A stretch of 32,000 nt of DNA from an uncultured Chloroflexia bacterium (lineage in GTDB: Bacteria > Chloroflexota > Ktedonobacteria > Ktedonobacterales > JADMIN01): contig CAVRAI010000003.1 in the NCBI GenBank assembly GCA_963718915.1, positions 810,001-842,000 of the forward strand. The letters run 5' to 3'. Each line of letters opens with the position of its first letter. Position 1 is the stretch's first letter. The position numbers and the translations under genes are program-made. Positions 1 through 9,617 of the stretch are shown here, piece by piece. The notes below the pieces were generated by a model. It had not been told where the DNA came from. It was given only the letters and a program-made list of their open reading frames with translations, and searched no databases.

Positions 1-458
1 TCAATGCCAACGCGATCTACCTGGTCTTCACGCCAAGCGGTCACTCGATGAGCGGCTTCGGCACGCAGTGGTGCGCCTGGCACGACAATACCTCCAGCGG
101 CGGCCATCAGGTGGCTTATGGCTATATCCCCTACATGCCAAGCGCGGGTTCGAGCTGTGGCATGAACTTCGTCAACGCCACGAACAATAGCTACGGCAAT
201 GGCTACTTCGACGGCTTCTCCATCGTTGCGGGGCATGAGTTCATGGAGGCCGAGTCCGACATGACCCCTAGCACCAGCATCGCCTGGCAGGGTCCCGGCG
301 GCGGCAGCGACGAGAACGCCGACAAGTGCGCCTGGAACCAGAATGGCGGCACATCGGCCAATATCACGCTGGGCAGCAACTTCTACGCTGTGCAGCCCAT
401 CTGGAGCAACAACTCCACCACCAGCGGCGGCAGCCACTGTGTCACATCGCACACATAG
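1..458 (+). CDS. C-terminal part of a probable secreted protein of unknown function (5' end lies outside the window)
   Basis: The frame is open from base 3 (NANAIYLVFTPSGHS precedes the track Met at 48) to TAG 456-458. Composition is Cys/Trp/Gly/Asn-rich and extracellular in type (QWCAWHD, KCAWNQ). It contains a GHEFMEAESD (HExxE) motif. A strong terminator follows at 480-514. No function can be assigned from the sequence alone. Confidence 0.6.
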   Translation, partial: NANAIYLVFTPSGHSMSGFGTQWCAWHDNTSSGGHQVAYGYIPYMPSAGSSCGMNFVNATNNSYGNGYFDGFSIVAGHEFMEAESDMTPSTSIAWQGPGGGSDENADKCAWNQNGGTSANITLGSNFYAVQPIWSNNSTTSGGSHCVTSHT

Positions 459-479
459 CTTTCTCGTCCTCTAGCGCGG

Positions 480-514
480 ACAGGGTGGGGGAAATATCCC
501 CTGCCCTGTTTTTG
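480..514 (+). terminator. Rho-independent terminator
   Basis: ACAGGGTGGGGG (480-491), loop AAATAT, CCCCTGCCCTGT (498-509). This is a 12-bp stem with two G-U pairs, followed by TTTTT (509-513). It lies 22 nt after the stop at 456-458. Confidence 0.8.
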
Positions 515-562
515 TCTCCGCGAGAATGGCATCGCCGTGCGATACAATAGCAGTGACGAGTC

Positions 563-1009
563 TTGCGAGCGGAAAGAAAGCGTTATCAAGCGATGAATGA
601 TGCAGGGCCACCAGTACCATCCCCTGACACTGATACGTACGTGGATGAGGCGCAACGTAAAGCTACTCGCGACAACGCCCGGCGGGTGCTGCGCGAGAGC
701 GGCGTCGCCGACATTCTCCGCAGGCTGAATAGCAATGCGCTGCAGGGGCGCGGCGCCTTCGAGGAGTATGATTCGGGCGTCATCTTCAGGTGGGGACATG
801 GCTATACGCGCCGCCATATCTGGGTGCATGTCGAGGGCGATGAGCTGCGCTTCCGGCTCGCGCCGCATCTGCGCTGCTCCCGGCCCGTGCCCCTTTGCGA
901 TGGCGAATACCATATCTTCACCGAGGAGACCTGGAGCATCCCTGGCGCGGTTCTCAGCGAGGTTGATCGTAACTATCGGAAACCAGTTGCCGAAGCATCG
1001 GAGGACTAG
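563..1009 (+). CDS. hypothetical protein
   Basis: ORF of 148 aa from a TTG start; an alternative ATG at 593 gives MNDAGPP. The stop TAG at 1007-1009 is 5 nt before the S9 peptidase ATG, whose GGAGG lies inside this ORF, so the two are probably co-transcribed. I recognise no motif. Confidence 0.5.
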   Translation: MRAERKRYQAMNDAGPPVPSPDTDTYVDEAQRKATRDNARRVLRESGVADILRRLNSNALQGRGAFEEYDSGVIFRWGHGYTRRHIWVHVEGDELRFRLAPHLRCSRPVPLCDGEYHIFTEETWSIPGAVLSEVDRNYRKPVAEASED

Positions 1010-1014
1010 CATCT

Positions 1015-3078
1015 ATGACACGACCGCTGACCCCGGAAGATTTCTATGCCATTCGCCTCGTCGAAGAATCGCGCATCTCACCCGACGGCTCGCGTATCGC
1101 CTATGTGGTCCAGGGTATGGACCGCGAGAGTTACGAATATCGCCGCTCGATCTGGGTCGTGCCCGCCGAAGGTGGAGAGCCACACCGCCTGACCGCCGGG
1201 CCGAATGACCACTCGCCGCGCTGGTCGCCGGATGGCCGCGCGCTGGCGTTCGTGCGCAGCCCAGCCCGTCCGGCGCCGCCACGCACGAAGGCGGAACGTG
1301 ACGCGGGCAAGGGCCAGGGGCAAATCTGGCTCCTGTCGCTGGATGGTGGTGAGCCAACCCAGCTGACCACATTGCGCTATGGCGCGGGCACGCCAACCTG
1401 GTCGCCCGATGGCGCGACGATGCTCTTTACGGCGAAGTCAGGTGAGCCGGAAGAACCTGAGGTGGCGGATGCGGCAATTGGCGAGGACACGATGCATCTG
1501 CCGCGCGTGCGCACGATCAATCGCCTTTGGCACAAGCTGGATGGTGTCGGCTTCATCTACGAGCACCGCACACACCTCTTCACCGTCCCGGTCAGTGGCG
1601 GCGAGCCACATCAGTTGACCGATGGTGACTACGATGACGGCGCGCCCGACTGGTCGCCCGATGGCAAGATGATAGCCTTCGCCTCGGATCGCACCGACGA
1701 CCGCTGGACATGGCCCGGCGCGTCGATCTGGACGCTCAATCTGGCCAGTGGCGCGCTCACCCGCATGACCGATGAGGCGCTCTCGTGCCACGCGCCAAAG
1801 TGGTCGCCCGATGGCAAGACGATAGCCTTCCTCTCTACCACACGCCGCGAGAGCGATGGGCATGGCGATCTCTGCGTCGTACCCGAGAACAAGCCCTGCA
1901 AACATCGCCAGCTCACAACTGATTTCGTCCCCAACTGCGAGGACACCTGCATCGACGATATGCGCGCGGGCCACGGCGGGGCGCACCTGGTCTGGTCGCC
2001 CGATGGCCACAGCATTTTCTTCCTCGCCTCGATGCGCGGCGCCACCCACATCTACGCCGCCCGGCCCGCGGGCAATCTGCTGCCGCGCCGCGTCACCGAA
2101 GGTTCGCGCCGCATCTTCGACTTCACGATGGATGACGCCTGCCGCCGGTTCGCGCTGGCCGTCTCCGATCCCAACATCCCTGGCGATCTCTACACGCAGG
2201 CCGTCGATCTGGGCGAGACGACCGCGCCGATGATGGAGCGGCTGACGAACCTGAACGAATCGCTCTTCGGCGAAGTAGAGCTGGCATTGCCGGAGGAATA
2301 CACCTTCCTCGGCGTCGACGACTGGGAGCTTCAGGGCTGGATTCTACGTCCGCCACGGGTCGGCGTCGGCGAGACGGTGAATGTCCCGGCGGTGCTGGAG
2401 GTGCATGGCGGGCCGATGGCGATGTATGGCTACGGCTTCTTCATGGAGTTCCAGCTCCTGGTGGCGCGCGGCTATGCCGTCATCTACACCAACCCACGCG
2501 GCAGCACCGGCTACGGGCGCACCTTCTCCGCGGCGGTGCTCAACGACTGGGGCGGCAAAGATTACGAGGATATTCTGGCCGGGCTGGATGCCGCGCTGGC
2601 GAAGGGTGGCATCGACAGCGAGCGGCTCGGCATCGCGGGCGGCAGCTATGGCGGCTTCATGACTAACTGGGCCGTTGGCCACAGCGACCGCTTCAAGGCG
2701 GCGGTGACGATGCGCAGCGTGGTCAGCATGGCGACGATGTTTGGCATCAGCGATATCGGCTGGGAGCTGACGGTGGATGAGCTTGGCGGCGCGACCCCCT
2801 GGACCGAGCCGGAGCGGCTGGCGAAGTTCTCGCCCTTCACCTATGTCCAGAATATCCACACGCCACTGCTGATCCTGCATAGCGATCAGGATCTGCGCTG
2901 CCCCATCGCCGAGGGCATGCAGCTTTTCACCGCGCTGAAATATCTGGGCCGCGAGACCGAGCTGGTCATCTTCGAGGAGCAGTCGCACGATCTCTCGCGC
3001 AATGGCCATCCGCGCTCGCGGGTGCTGCGCCTGCATAAGATTCTCGACTGGTTTTGCAAGTACAATCCGGCGGGGTAA
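1015..3078 (+). CDS. S9 family serine peptidase (prolyl oligopeptidase / acylaminoacyl-peptidase type) with N-terminal beta-propeller
   Basis: 687 aa. Six (W/I)SPDG propeller repeats in the N-terminal half. The C-terminal alpha/beta hydrolase domain has the nucleophile motif GGSYGG, an acid in HSDQDLRCP and a His in EEQSHDL. GGAGG lies 9 nt upstream of the ATG. Confidence 0.9.
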   Translation: MTRPLTPEDFYAIRLVEESRISPDGSRIAYVVQGMDRESYEYRRSIWVVPAEGGEPHRLTAGPNDHSPRWSPDGRALAFVRSPARPAPPRTKAERDAGKGQGQIWLLSLDGGEPTQLTTLRYGAGTPTWSPDGATMLFTAKSGEPEEPEVADAAIGEDTMHLPRVRTINRLWHKLDGVGFIYEHRTHLFTVPVSGGEPHQLTDGDYDDGAPDWSPDGKMIAFASDRTDDRWTWPGASIWTLNLASGALTRMTDEALSCHAPKWSPDGKTIAFLSTTRRESDGHGDLCVVPENKPCKHRQLTTDFVPNCEDTCIDDMRAGHGGAHLVWSPDGHSIFFLASMRGATHIYAARPAGNLLPRRVTEGSRRIFDFTMDDACRRFALAVSDPNIPGDLYTQAVDLGETTAPMMERLTNLNESLFGEVELALPEEYTFLGVDDWELQGWILRPPRVGVGETVNVPAVLEVHGGPMAMYGYGFFMEFQLLVARGYAVIYTNPRGSTGYGRTFSAAVLNDWGGKDYEDILAGLDAALAKGGIDSERLGIAGGSYGGFMTNWAVGHSDRFKAAVTMRSVVSMATMFGISDIGWELTVDELGGATPWTEPERLAKFSPFTYVQNIHTPLLILHSDQDLRCPIAEGMQLFTALKYLGRETELVIFEEQSHDLSRNGHPRSRVLRLHKILDWFCKYNPAG

Positions 3079-3096
3079 AAATGACCTCACCCGCAT

Positions 3097-3119
3097 CCCC
3101 TCTCCCAGTGGGAGAGGGG
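3097..3119. terminator. Perfect 10-bp G/C hairpin between convergent genes (putative bidirectional terminator or REP-like element)
   Basis: CCCCTCTCCC (3097-3106), loop AGT, GGGAGAGGGG (3110-3119). It sits between the S9 peptidase stop (3078) and the uidA stop (3138). On the minus strand a T5 run follows about 14 nt later. A related hairpin is at 25509-25531. Confidence 0.55.
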
Positions 3120-3137
3120 AGCCAGAGGTTCGCGCGC

Positions 3138-4940
3138 TCAGCGCTTATAGTCGAAGTCTGGAATCGCCAGCCAGCGCTCGCGTAACGCATGCGCCGCCAT
3201 CTTCGGCTTGCGCTCGCGTGTGAACACACCCTTTTTGTTGCCCTGCACACGGATGATACCCTGGCTGGTCTGGAAGTCCGCGAAGTTCCACACCTGCTCG
3301 CCGATGAAGGTGGGGAATGCGTCTATCACCTCGTGGTTGGCTTGCAGATACGCCACCTGATACTCCTCGGAGAACATCGCGGGCGTCGTGTCGTGCATGC
3401 CTGCGATAGTATCGGCGCCGTACTCGGTGAACATCATTGGCTTGCCCGGCGCTACCCGACCCCATTCGTTTAGCTCGTCCCGCAGGAGCGCCTGCGCCAC
3501 CTCTAGCTGTCCGCCAGCGATATACCAGCCATAGTAGCGATTCAGCGCCAGCACGTCTACAAGTTCCGTCACCTTGTTTTTATCCGGGGTCGCCATCATA
3601 TGTATAACAATCGTGACCGGGCGATGCTGCGGGTCCTGTTCGCGCGCAAGCTCGATCAGCGGCCGGAAGTATTCATAGGCCCCTTCTTCCTCTGAGGCAG
3701 GCTCGTTGGCGATGGACCACATCACCACGCACGGGTGATTCTTATCGCGCGCGATCAACTCGCGAATCATCTGAGCATGATGCTCTTTGGTCTGAAGCTC
3801 TTTCCACGTGTTATGTGGCACGCCCGCGCCGCCAGACAGCAGCGAGCCGAAGTTCAGATGCAGCCCAACCGCTGGAACCTCGTCAATGACCACAAATCCT
3901 TCGCGATCCGCAAGGCGCATCAGTTCTTCGGAATAGGGATAGTGCGAGGTGCGGAAGGAGTTGGCGCCCATCCATTTCAGCAGATTCAGGTCTTTCACAT
4001 TGACCACTTCATCGAATCCGCGCCCATGTATCGAACTGTCCTCATGTTTGCCGAAGCCCTTGAAATAGAAAGGACGTCCGTTGATGAGGAACTTGCCATC
4101 CTTGACCGCGATCGTGCGGACGCCGAACGGCTGCTCATATACATCGAGACGTTCTCCGCCCCGCCACAACTCGACCAGACAGGTATACAGATAGGCGTTT
4201 TGTGGCTGCCAGAGGTGGGCGCCCTCGATGATAAGCTGGCCGATTGGCCCGGTTCCGCTTGCCACGACCTCACCGGTCTCATCGTGCAGGAAGACGCGAA
4301 TCTCCGCATCGCCTTCAGCCTCGACCGTATATTCGACCTGGGCGTTTGTCCCTGTGACATCCGTGGTGAGCGCGATATCGCGGATGTAGGTTCGCGGTGT
4401 CGTATAGAGTTTGACCGGGCGCTGGATACCCGCATAGTTGAAGAAGTCGAAGTTCGGGGTGTCCGTGGCCACTTTCCCTACGCCGGGGACATCCTTCTCC
4501 TGATAGTTGCCAGTGGGCAGGGTCGTGTAGTCCACGATATTGTTGACGGCGACGGTCAGCCGATTCGTGCCATGGCAGGCGCCCGCGCTGATCTCTGCCT
4601 CGAAGGGGGTGAATCCGCCCTTATGCTCCGCAATCAACTCGCCATTGAGATAGACTCTGGCTTCGTGGGTCACCGAGCCAAAGCGCAGCACGATTCGTTG
4701 GGAAAAGAGACGCTCAGGAAGGACGAAATTGCGTTCATACCAGGCCCAGCCAATATGATCGCGATATTCCGAACCTTCATACACATCGTTATATGAAGCG
4801 GGAACCGGCATAGGGACCGTTCCCCGCAATGGGAGGCGAAACCACTCCTCGTCAAATCCTGCGCCCTGATCGAGCTTGAACTCCCAGATGCCGTTCAGGT
4901 CAATCAGATCACGCGATATCGTCATGATCGGGTAGAGCAT
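3138..4940 (-). CDS. uidA: beta-glucuronidase (GH2)
   Basis: 600 aa, colinear with E. coli UidA as I recall it. Shared motifs: [20 protein letters not shown], acid/base WSIANEP, nucleophile FTEYGAD, NRYYGWY, and the glucuronide-recognising N-K motif [29 protein letters not shown] lies upstream of the ATG. Confidence 0.95.
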   Translation of the reverse strand: MLYPIMTISRDLIDLNGIWEFKLDQGAGFDEEWFRLPLRGTVPMPVPASYNDVYEGSEYRDHIGWAWYERNFVLPERLFSQRIVLRFGSVTHEARVYLNGELIAEHKGGFTPFEAEISAGACHGTNRLTVAVNNIVDYTTLPTGNYQEKDVPGVGKVATDTPNFDFFNYAGIQRPVKLYTTPRTYIRDIALTTDVTGTNAQVEYTVEAEGDAEIRVFLHDETGEVVASGTGPIGQLIIEGAHLWQPQNAYLYTCLVELWRGGERLDVYEQPFGVRTIAVKDGKFLINGRPFYFKGFGKHEDSSIHGRGFDEVVNVKDLNLLKWMGANSFRTSHYPYSEELMRLADREGFVVIDEVPAVGLHLNFGSLLSGGAGVPHNTWKELQTKEHHAQMIRELIARDKNHPCVVMWSIANEPASEEEGAYEYFRPLIELAREQDPQHRPVTIVIHMMATPDKNKVTELVDVLALNRYYGWYIAGGQLEVAQALLRDELNEWGRVAPGKPMMFTEYGADTIAGMHDTTPAMFSEEYQVAYLQANHEVIDAFPTFIGEQVWNFADFQTSQGIIRVQGNKKGVFTRERKPKMAAHALRERWLAIPDFDYKR

Positions 4941-4962
4941 GTTGCCACCTTCCTTTGCGGAA

Positions 4963-6252
4963 CTAACGAACGGCTTTGATCGGGCGCACGGTGAGGATGC
5001 CGAGCAAGGCGAAAAGCGCCGCTACGACGTACAGAAACACATAACTACTGCCCGTCAGCGCGAGGATGGTTCCAGCAAGCACAGGCGCTAGCGAGTGGGG
5101 CAATGTGTTGGCGATGTTGATGATGCCCATATCCTTGGCCCGATTCTCCGCGGACGGCAGCACCAGCGTCACGATTGCGACATCGACGGCGAGGTAGGCT
5201 CCCAGGCCGAATCCCAGAATACCGGCGGCAATCAGCACAGCCTGCCAGGTTGGGAAGAAGGCGAGTGTGAACATGGCGATGGCGATGATAATCATGCCAG
5301 CCACCACAAACGGTTTGCGCCGTTTCAATCGATCCGAGAGAAATCCGCCGAGTACCGTCGAAAGCAGCGAGACGGCCGTCGCGACAATGCTGAAGGTCGA
5401 TGCGCCTTGCAGCGCGTCCGGATGTTTCACGGCATCTTGCAGGTAGTAGAGAACATAGGTGGTTGCCAGGAAATATCCCATGAGCGGGATGAAACGTGTC
5501 AGCCACGCCCAGCCGAAATCAGGATGCTCGCGGGGATTGATCCAGAAATTCTTGAGGAACGCGCCGATATGGAAGGATGGAAAATAGCCCTTCGGGAGCA
5601 CTTTATCGGGCAGGAGCGCGGCGAAGGGAAGCGTGGTCGCCAGCACAATCACCAGCATAACCACATAGGCGCTCGTCGGCGTGGCTCGGAAGATCTGGCC
5701 ACCAACAATCGCTCCCACAATGCCGCCGAGGGAGGTGGCAAGACCGAAGATCCCTGAAACCGTCCCGCGCTGATTCTCTGGAACCTGATCGGGGATCGTC
5801 GCGGTAAGGGCCGCCAGCGCGCAATTGGAGAAAAGCTCGACGCTGCACCAGCCGATGAACAAGAACGGGAGGCTTGTCGCCTGCCACATGAAGAGCAGAC
5901 CTACCGCAGTGAGTAGTCCGCCCGCCACGATCCATGGGCGTCTGCGCCCAAAACGCGAGGTGGTTCGGTCGCTGAACGCGCCCGCGAGGGGATTGGCGAC
6001 CAGCGCGACCAGCACGGCGACGCCAGTGAACACACCCAGAACAACGACTTTGTTCGTCGGGGCCAGCAAACCTACCTGATACGGCAGCAACAATGCGCCG
6101 ATGCCGGTGTAAAGGATATACATTGACGTGCCCGCAGCAGTCAGCGCGATCATGAAGATCAAGCTTACCGGTTGTGTAGGAGCCTGCACGGCTTCTGGCA
6201 TGTCTGGAGATGGCGTCTCGTTTGGTAGATCGGCCAGCGTGAAGTCTTCCAT
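4963..6252 (-). CDS. MFS transporter of the glycoside-pentoside-hexuronide (GPH) type, probable glucuronide importer
   Basis: 429 aa with about 12 predicted TM segments. GPH hallmark loop [17 protein letters not shown]. Its stop is 22 nt upstream of the uidA start on the same strand. RBS GAGAGAGG. Confidence 0.85.
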   Translation of the reverse strand: MEDFTLADLPNETPSPDMPEAVQAPTQPVSLIFMIALTAAGTSMYILYTGIGALLLPYQVGLLAPTNKVVVLGVFTGVAVLVALVANPLAGAFSDRTTSRFGRRRPWIVAGGLLTAVGLLFMWQATSLPFLFIGWCSVELFSNCALAALTATIPDQVPENQRGTVSGIFGLATSLGGIVGAIVGGQIFRATPTSAYVVMLVIVLATTLPFAALLPDKVLPKGYFPSFHIGAFLKNFWINPREHPDFGWAWLTRFIPLMGYFLATTYVLYYLQDAVKHPDALQGASTFSIVATAVSLLSTVLGGFLSDRLKRRKPFVVAGMIIIAIAMFTLAFFPTWQAVLIAAGILGFGLGAYLAVDVAIVTLVLPSAENRAKDMGIINIANTLPHSLAPVLAGTILALTGSSYVFLYVVAALFALLGILTVRPIKAVR

Positions 6253-6367
6253 GGGAGAGCCTCTCTCGTCTTTGAGTCAATTCCCATCTCGCCGTATTGC
6301 ATAGCACACTACGTGCCCGCCAGGTGCGGAAGCAGCCGGGGAAGCAGTGACTCACAAGGCTACTCTT

Positions 6368-6616
6368 ATGCAGTTTTACAAAATAGTGGGGGCAGTGCGC
6401 TGTGGAGCGCGGGCGGTTCAAACCGCGCCTGAAGGGCCTCCCGTTGGTCGGCCACAAAACCTGCCTGCGCAGGTTGCACGGAACGCTGCCCATCGGGCGT
6501 CACGGTGGCGCACGTTCTGCAGCCCGCGTCGGCAAGCTCCTGTGACGCAGCCCGCAGGCGCGGCTTCAGCCACCAGCCGTCATGGTGGCTGTCCTTCGCA
6601 TTTTAGAAAACTGCAT
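6368..6616. repeat. 249-bp GC-rich segment bounded by AT-rich 17-bp inverted repeats (MITE-like element, paired operators or structured RNA)
   Basis: ATGCAGTTTTACAAAAT (6368-6384) against ATTTTAGAAAACTGCAT (6600-6616): 15 of 17 positions are reverse-complementary. Internal hairpins: GCGCTgtggAGCGC (6397-6410) and CAGCCACC-9nt-GGTGGCTG (6567-6591). It lies in a 505-bp intergenic gap. Confidence 0.5.
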
Positions 6617-6757
6617 CAGGGCGCGCAGTCGCTACGCAACCATACGATCCTTCTCCGAAACAGCCCGACTATCTCTACATAATAACATCGGATGACATCG
6701 GCTGTGGTAGTTAGCGGCGGCGACCGCCAGGCACAGTTTCCCACATGCGACTGGCGG

Positions 6758-8173
6758 TCATTCGACCCAGGACGTGAATAGCCCGTTGAGTCCCTCGGCG
6801 AATGTGGGGTGGGTATACATCTCGTCGCGTAGCGCTGTATAGGGCAAGTTGTGACGCATTGCCAGGTGGATGATCGCGTTCAATTCGCTTGCCTCGGCGA
6901 CGAAGCATGCCGTACCCAGGATGCGGTCGGTCGTCGCATCTACCACTGCCTTGAGAAAACCCTGCGTCTCGCCCGTCGTCTGCGCGCGGGGCATGGCAAC
7001 GGTATTGGCCGCGAGCCGCGCCACACGCACGCTGTAGCCCTGGCGGCGCGCCTCTTTCTCGGTCAGCCCTACGCGCCCCAACTCAGGATCGATGAACACT
7101 GCATAGGTAAGGATGCGCTGCGCCGTCGAGGTGTAGTCGCCAACGCCAGTGATCTGCGCCTTGACGATACGGAAATCGTCGAGCGAGACATGGGTGAACT
7201 CTGGCCCACCGTTGACATCGCCAACCGCCCACACGCCCGCTGTCTGTGTCGCCAGATGCTCATCGACCGGAACGAAACCGCGTGCATCCAGTGTCAATCC
7301 CGTTGCCGCAACATTGAGTTCAGCCGTCACCGGCTCTCTACCCGTCCCCACAAACACGTGGCTGCCTTCGACAACCTGAGGCCCAGCGGCGTCGGCTGGA
7401 TGCAGGTGGAGGCGCGCCCCACCATCCGGCATCATTTCCGCTCGCTCGACTGCTGTGTTGAGCAGCACCTCGATGCCCTCGCGCTCGAAGGCCTGCCGAA
7501 CAGCATCGGCAACATCAGCATCCTCCTTTGGCAAGAGCTGGCTGCCGCGCTGGATGATCGTGACACGGCTGCCGAAACGACGGTACATCTGCGCGAACTC
7601 CACACCCTCGAATCCACCACCGATGATGAGCAGATGTGCGGGGAGGGTCTCCAACTCGATGATCGTTTCGTTCGTCAGCGGCTGTGCCTCGCTCAGTCCC
7701 GGAAGGGCAATCGTAGCCGGACGTGTACCGGTGTTGATAACCACATGTTTTCCGGTGAGGGTGCGGCTGCCGCCATCGCGTAAGCTGACCTCTACCGACT
7801 TCTCGCCGACGAAACGCGCCTCGCCCAGTATGAACTCGAGGCCGGGCGTAGTAGTGAACAGCTTGTAGTTGCCGCCGCGCATGAAGTTCACCACTGACCG
7901 CTTGCGCTCTCGCACCGCGGCCATATCTATGCCGGTGAGTTCAGCGCCGATGCCATAATCGCCTGCCCGGCGCACCATCGCAGCGACCTTCGCGCTCTGG
8001 ACGAGTGTCTTCGTCGGGATGCATGCGACGTTGATGCAGGTTCCACCGATCATCTCAGGGTCGCGTTCAATCAGGGCCGACTTGTATCCCTGTTTCGCCA
8101 GATCCATCGCGAGTGTCTTGCCGCCCTTGCCCCCACCGATGACCACCAGATCGAACCGTTCTTGTGTATCCAC
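6758..8173 (-). CDS. class I pyridine nucleotide-disulfide oxidoreductase (dihydrolipoamide dehydrogenase / RclA / MerA-like fold)
   Basis: FAD motif DLVVIGGGKGG; redox-active disulfide GGTCINVACIPTK; NAD(P) motif LLIIGGGFEGVE; a C-terminal dimerisation domain. I prefer the GTG start at 8173 because AGGAGGGG (8185-8178) lies 4 nt upstream. The track start at 8224/8221 would overlap the upstream stop. There is no C-terminal Cys pair and no HMA domain, so I do not call it MerA. Confidence 0.85.
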   Translation of the reverse strand: MDTQERFDLVVIGGGKGGKTLAMDLAKQGYKSALIERDPEMIGGTCINVACIPTKTLVQSAKVAAMVRRAGDYGIGAELTGIDMAAVRERKRSVVNFMRGGNYKLFTTTPGLEFILGEARFVGEKSVEVSLRDGGSRTLTGKHVVINTGTRPATIALPGLSEAQPLTNETIIELETLPAHLLIIGGGFEGVEFAQMYRRFGSRVTIIQRGSQLLPKEDADVADAVRQAFEREGIEVLLNTAVERAEMMPDGGARLHLHPADAAGPQVVEGSHVFVGTGREPVTAELNVAATGLTLDARGFVPVDEHLATQTAGVWAVGDVNGGPEFTHVSLDDFRIVKAQITGVGDYTSTAQRILTYAVFIDPELGRVGLTEKEARRQGYSVRVARLAANTVAMPRAQTTGETQGFLKAVVDATTDRILGTACFVAEASELNAIIHLAMRHNLPYTALRDEMYTHPTFAEGLNGLFTSWVE

Positions 8174-8220
8174 GGTACCCCTCCTGCTATCACTGGTTGG
8201 CTGCCATCCGTCGGTCTGCA

Positions 8221-9498
8221 TCACGCGCGGGCGGTGACACGCTGCCAGGCCATCTTCAGCGCCGTGCCGTAGAGGCCGGGGCGGTTGGCGAAGAGCGTGC
8301 GTATCAGACCAAAGAAGCTGCTATCCATGCTGACGATAGGCGTCTCGAAGAGCGCGCGCTGTAGAACGCGGTTGCCATCCTCAGTGTCGAAGATGCCATA
8401 GAAGGCGCTCAGGTCGGCGTTCGAGCTGGCGCGGTCCATCAGCCTGCGAATCCAGTCCTCGATCTGGAGGTAGTGGCCGAGCCGCCCGGCGTGGGGCAGG
8501 TCTTTCAGATAGGTGTGGATGGCGCCCTTCGTCCCGCCGACGATCTCATTGGCCACCGCGTGCGCCGCCAGCCGTCCCGAGAGCAGCGCCGGATAGATGC
8601 CGCCGCCCGTCGCCGCGCCACAGAGGCCCGCCGCATCGCCGAGCAGGAGCGCCCGCGCCTGTGCGTCGTCGCGATAGACCCGCTTGAGCCGTCCGCCAAC
8701 GGGAATCACGCCGCCTTTGCGCTGCACCAGCCTCATCTGGCTCAGGTCGGTGACATGGGCAAAGAGCGACTGCGCCAGTTGCAGCGTCTCGCCTGGCTTG
8801 AACGCGCGCGAGTGGCCCGCCACGCCCAGCGCGGCAATCTCGCCATGGGGCGCGAGCCAGACGCAATACCCCGGCGCAAGTTTGTGATCCATCACCAGAT
8901 AGAATGTCTCGCGGCTGAGTGTGACGCCCTCCACTAGCCACTCTGCCCCCGCGAGAAACGCCGTGTTCTGGTCGAGTCCGGTGCGCCGCGCCACCTGCGA
9001 ATGCGCGCCATCCGCGCCAATCACAATCCGCGCGTACTCGGCGTGGGCAACCGCCGCGCCATCCTCATTCGTCGTGTAGCTGATACGCATACGCCCGTCC
9101 GCTTCGCGGGCCGCATCGGCGAAGATCGCGCCACAGCGTACCGTCGCTCCATGGTCGCGCGCGGCCTCGGCCATCCACTGGAGCATGCCGGTGACATCCG
9201 CCATGTAGAAGCGCCAGACCTCTGAGCCGACCGAGATCGAGGGGTGATCTGGCGCGCGAATCTCCATGCGCCGCACCGAGTTCATCAGGTAGCGCTGTGG
9301 CACGTCGAGGATATCCAGCACATCGCTAAATAAGATGCCCGTCGTGCGCACCACGCCGCCCACCATCGGATCGCGCTCCAGCACCAGCACCCGCAGCCCG
9401 CGCGCCGCCGCGCCACTGGCGAAGGCCAGCCCACCAAAACTGGCGCCGACGACGACGGCATCCCAGGTGGTGTTCTCCGGGTGTGACGTAGCGGGCAT
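8221..9498 (-). CDS. FAD-dependent oxidoreductase, geranylgeranyl reductase family-like
   Basis: 425 aa. N-terminal dinucleotide fold AVVVGASFGGLAFASGAAARGLRVLVLERD; a later GDAAG motif (LLLGDAAGLCGAATGGGI). RBS GAAAGGA. Same strand as the downstream disulfide oxidoreductase. Confidence 0.8.
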   Translation of the reverse strand: MPATSHPENTTWDAVVVGASFGGLAFASGAAARGLRVLVLERDPMVGGVVRTTGILFSDVLDILDVPQRYLMNSVRRMEIRAPDHPSISVGSEVWRFYMADVTGMLQWMAEAARDHGATVRCGAIFADAAREADGRMRISYTTNEDGAAVAHAEYARIVIGADGAHSQVARRTGLDQNTAFLAGAEWLVEGVTLSRETFYLVMDHKLAPGYCVWLAPHGEIAALGVAGHSRAFKPGETLQLAQSLFAHVTDLSQMRLVQRKGGVIPVGGRLKRVYRDDAQARALLLGDAAGLCGAATGGGIYPALLSGRLAAHAVANEIVGGTKGAIHTYLKDLPHAGRLGHYLQIEDWIRRLMDRASSNADLSAFYGIFDTEDGNRVLQRALFETPIVSMDSSFFGLIRTLFANRPGLYGTALKMAWQRVTARA

Positions 9499-9617
9499 GA
9501 TGCGGATCCTTTCTCAACGACGACTCTTCGCGTAATTGTCCGATAGTTGTCCGATGATTGGCACTCCATATTGTTGCCCATGCCGCCGCGTCTTGGCAAG
9601 GAAGCGCGCACCAGCCC

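Noticed and set aside
6411-6428. tRNA-like T-arm (GGCGGTTCAAACCGCGCC) suggesting a tRNA or tmRNA fragment.
   Set aside because: Only a 4-bp stem with a 6-nt loop can be drawn. No acceptor, D or anticodon arms can be built around it.
6347-6682. 111-aa plus-strand ORF inside the long intergenic region.
   Set aside because: The product is Arg/Ala-rich and has no RBS. It spans both AT-rich inverted repeats and is better explained as non-coding DNA (see the finding for 6368-6616).
6758-8224. Calling the disulfide oxidoreductase mercuric reductase (merA) because of the nearby ArsR-family regulator.
   Set aside because: It lacks the C-terminal Cys-Cys pair and the N-terminal HMA domain, and there are no merT/merP genes. 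Only the generic class I CxxxxC flavoprotein call is supported.
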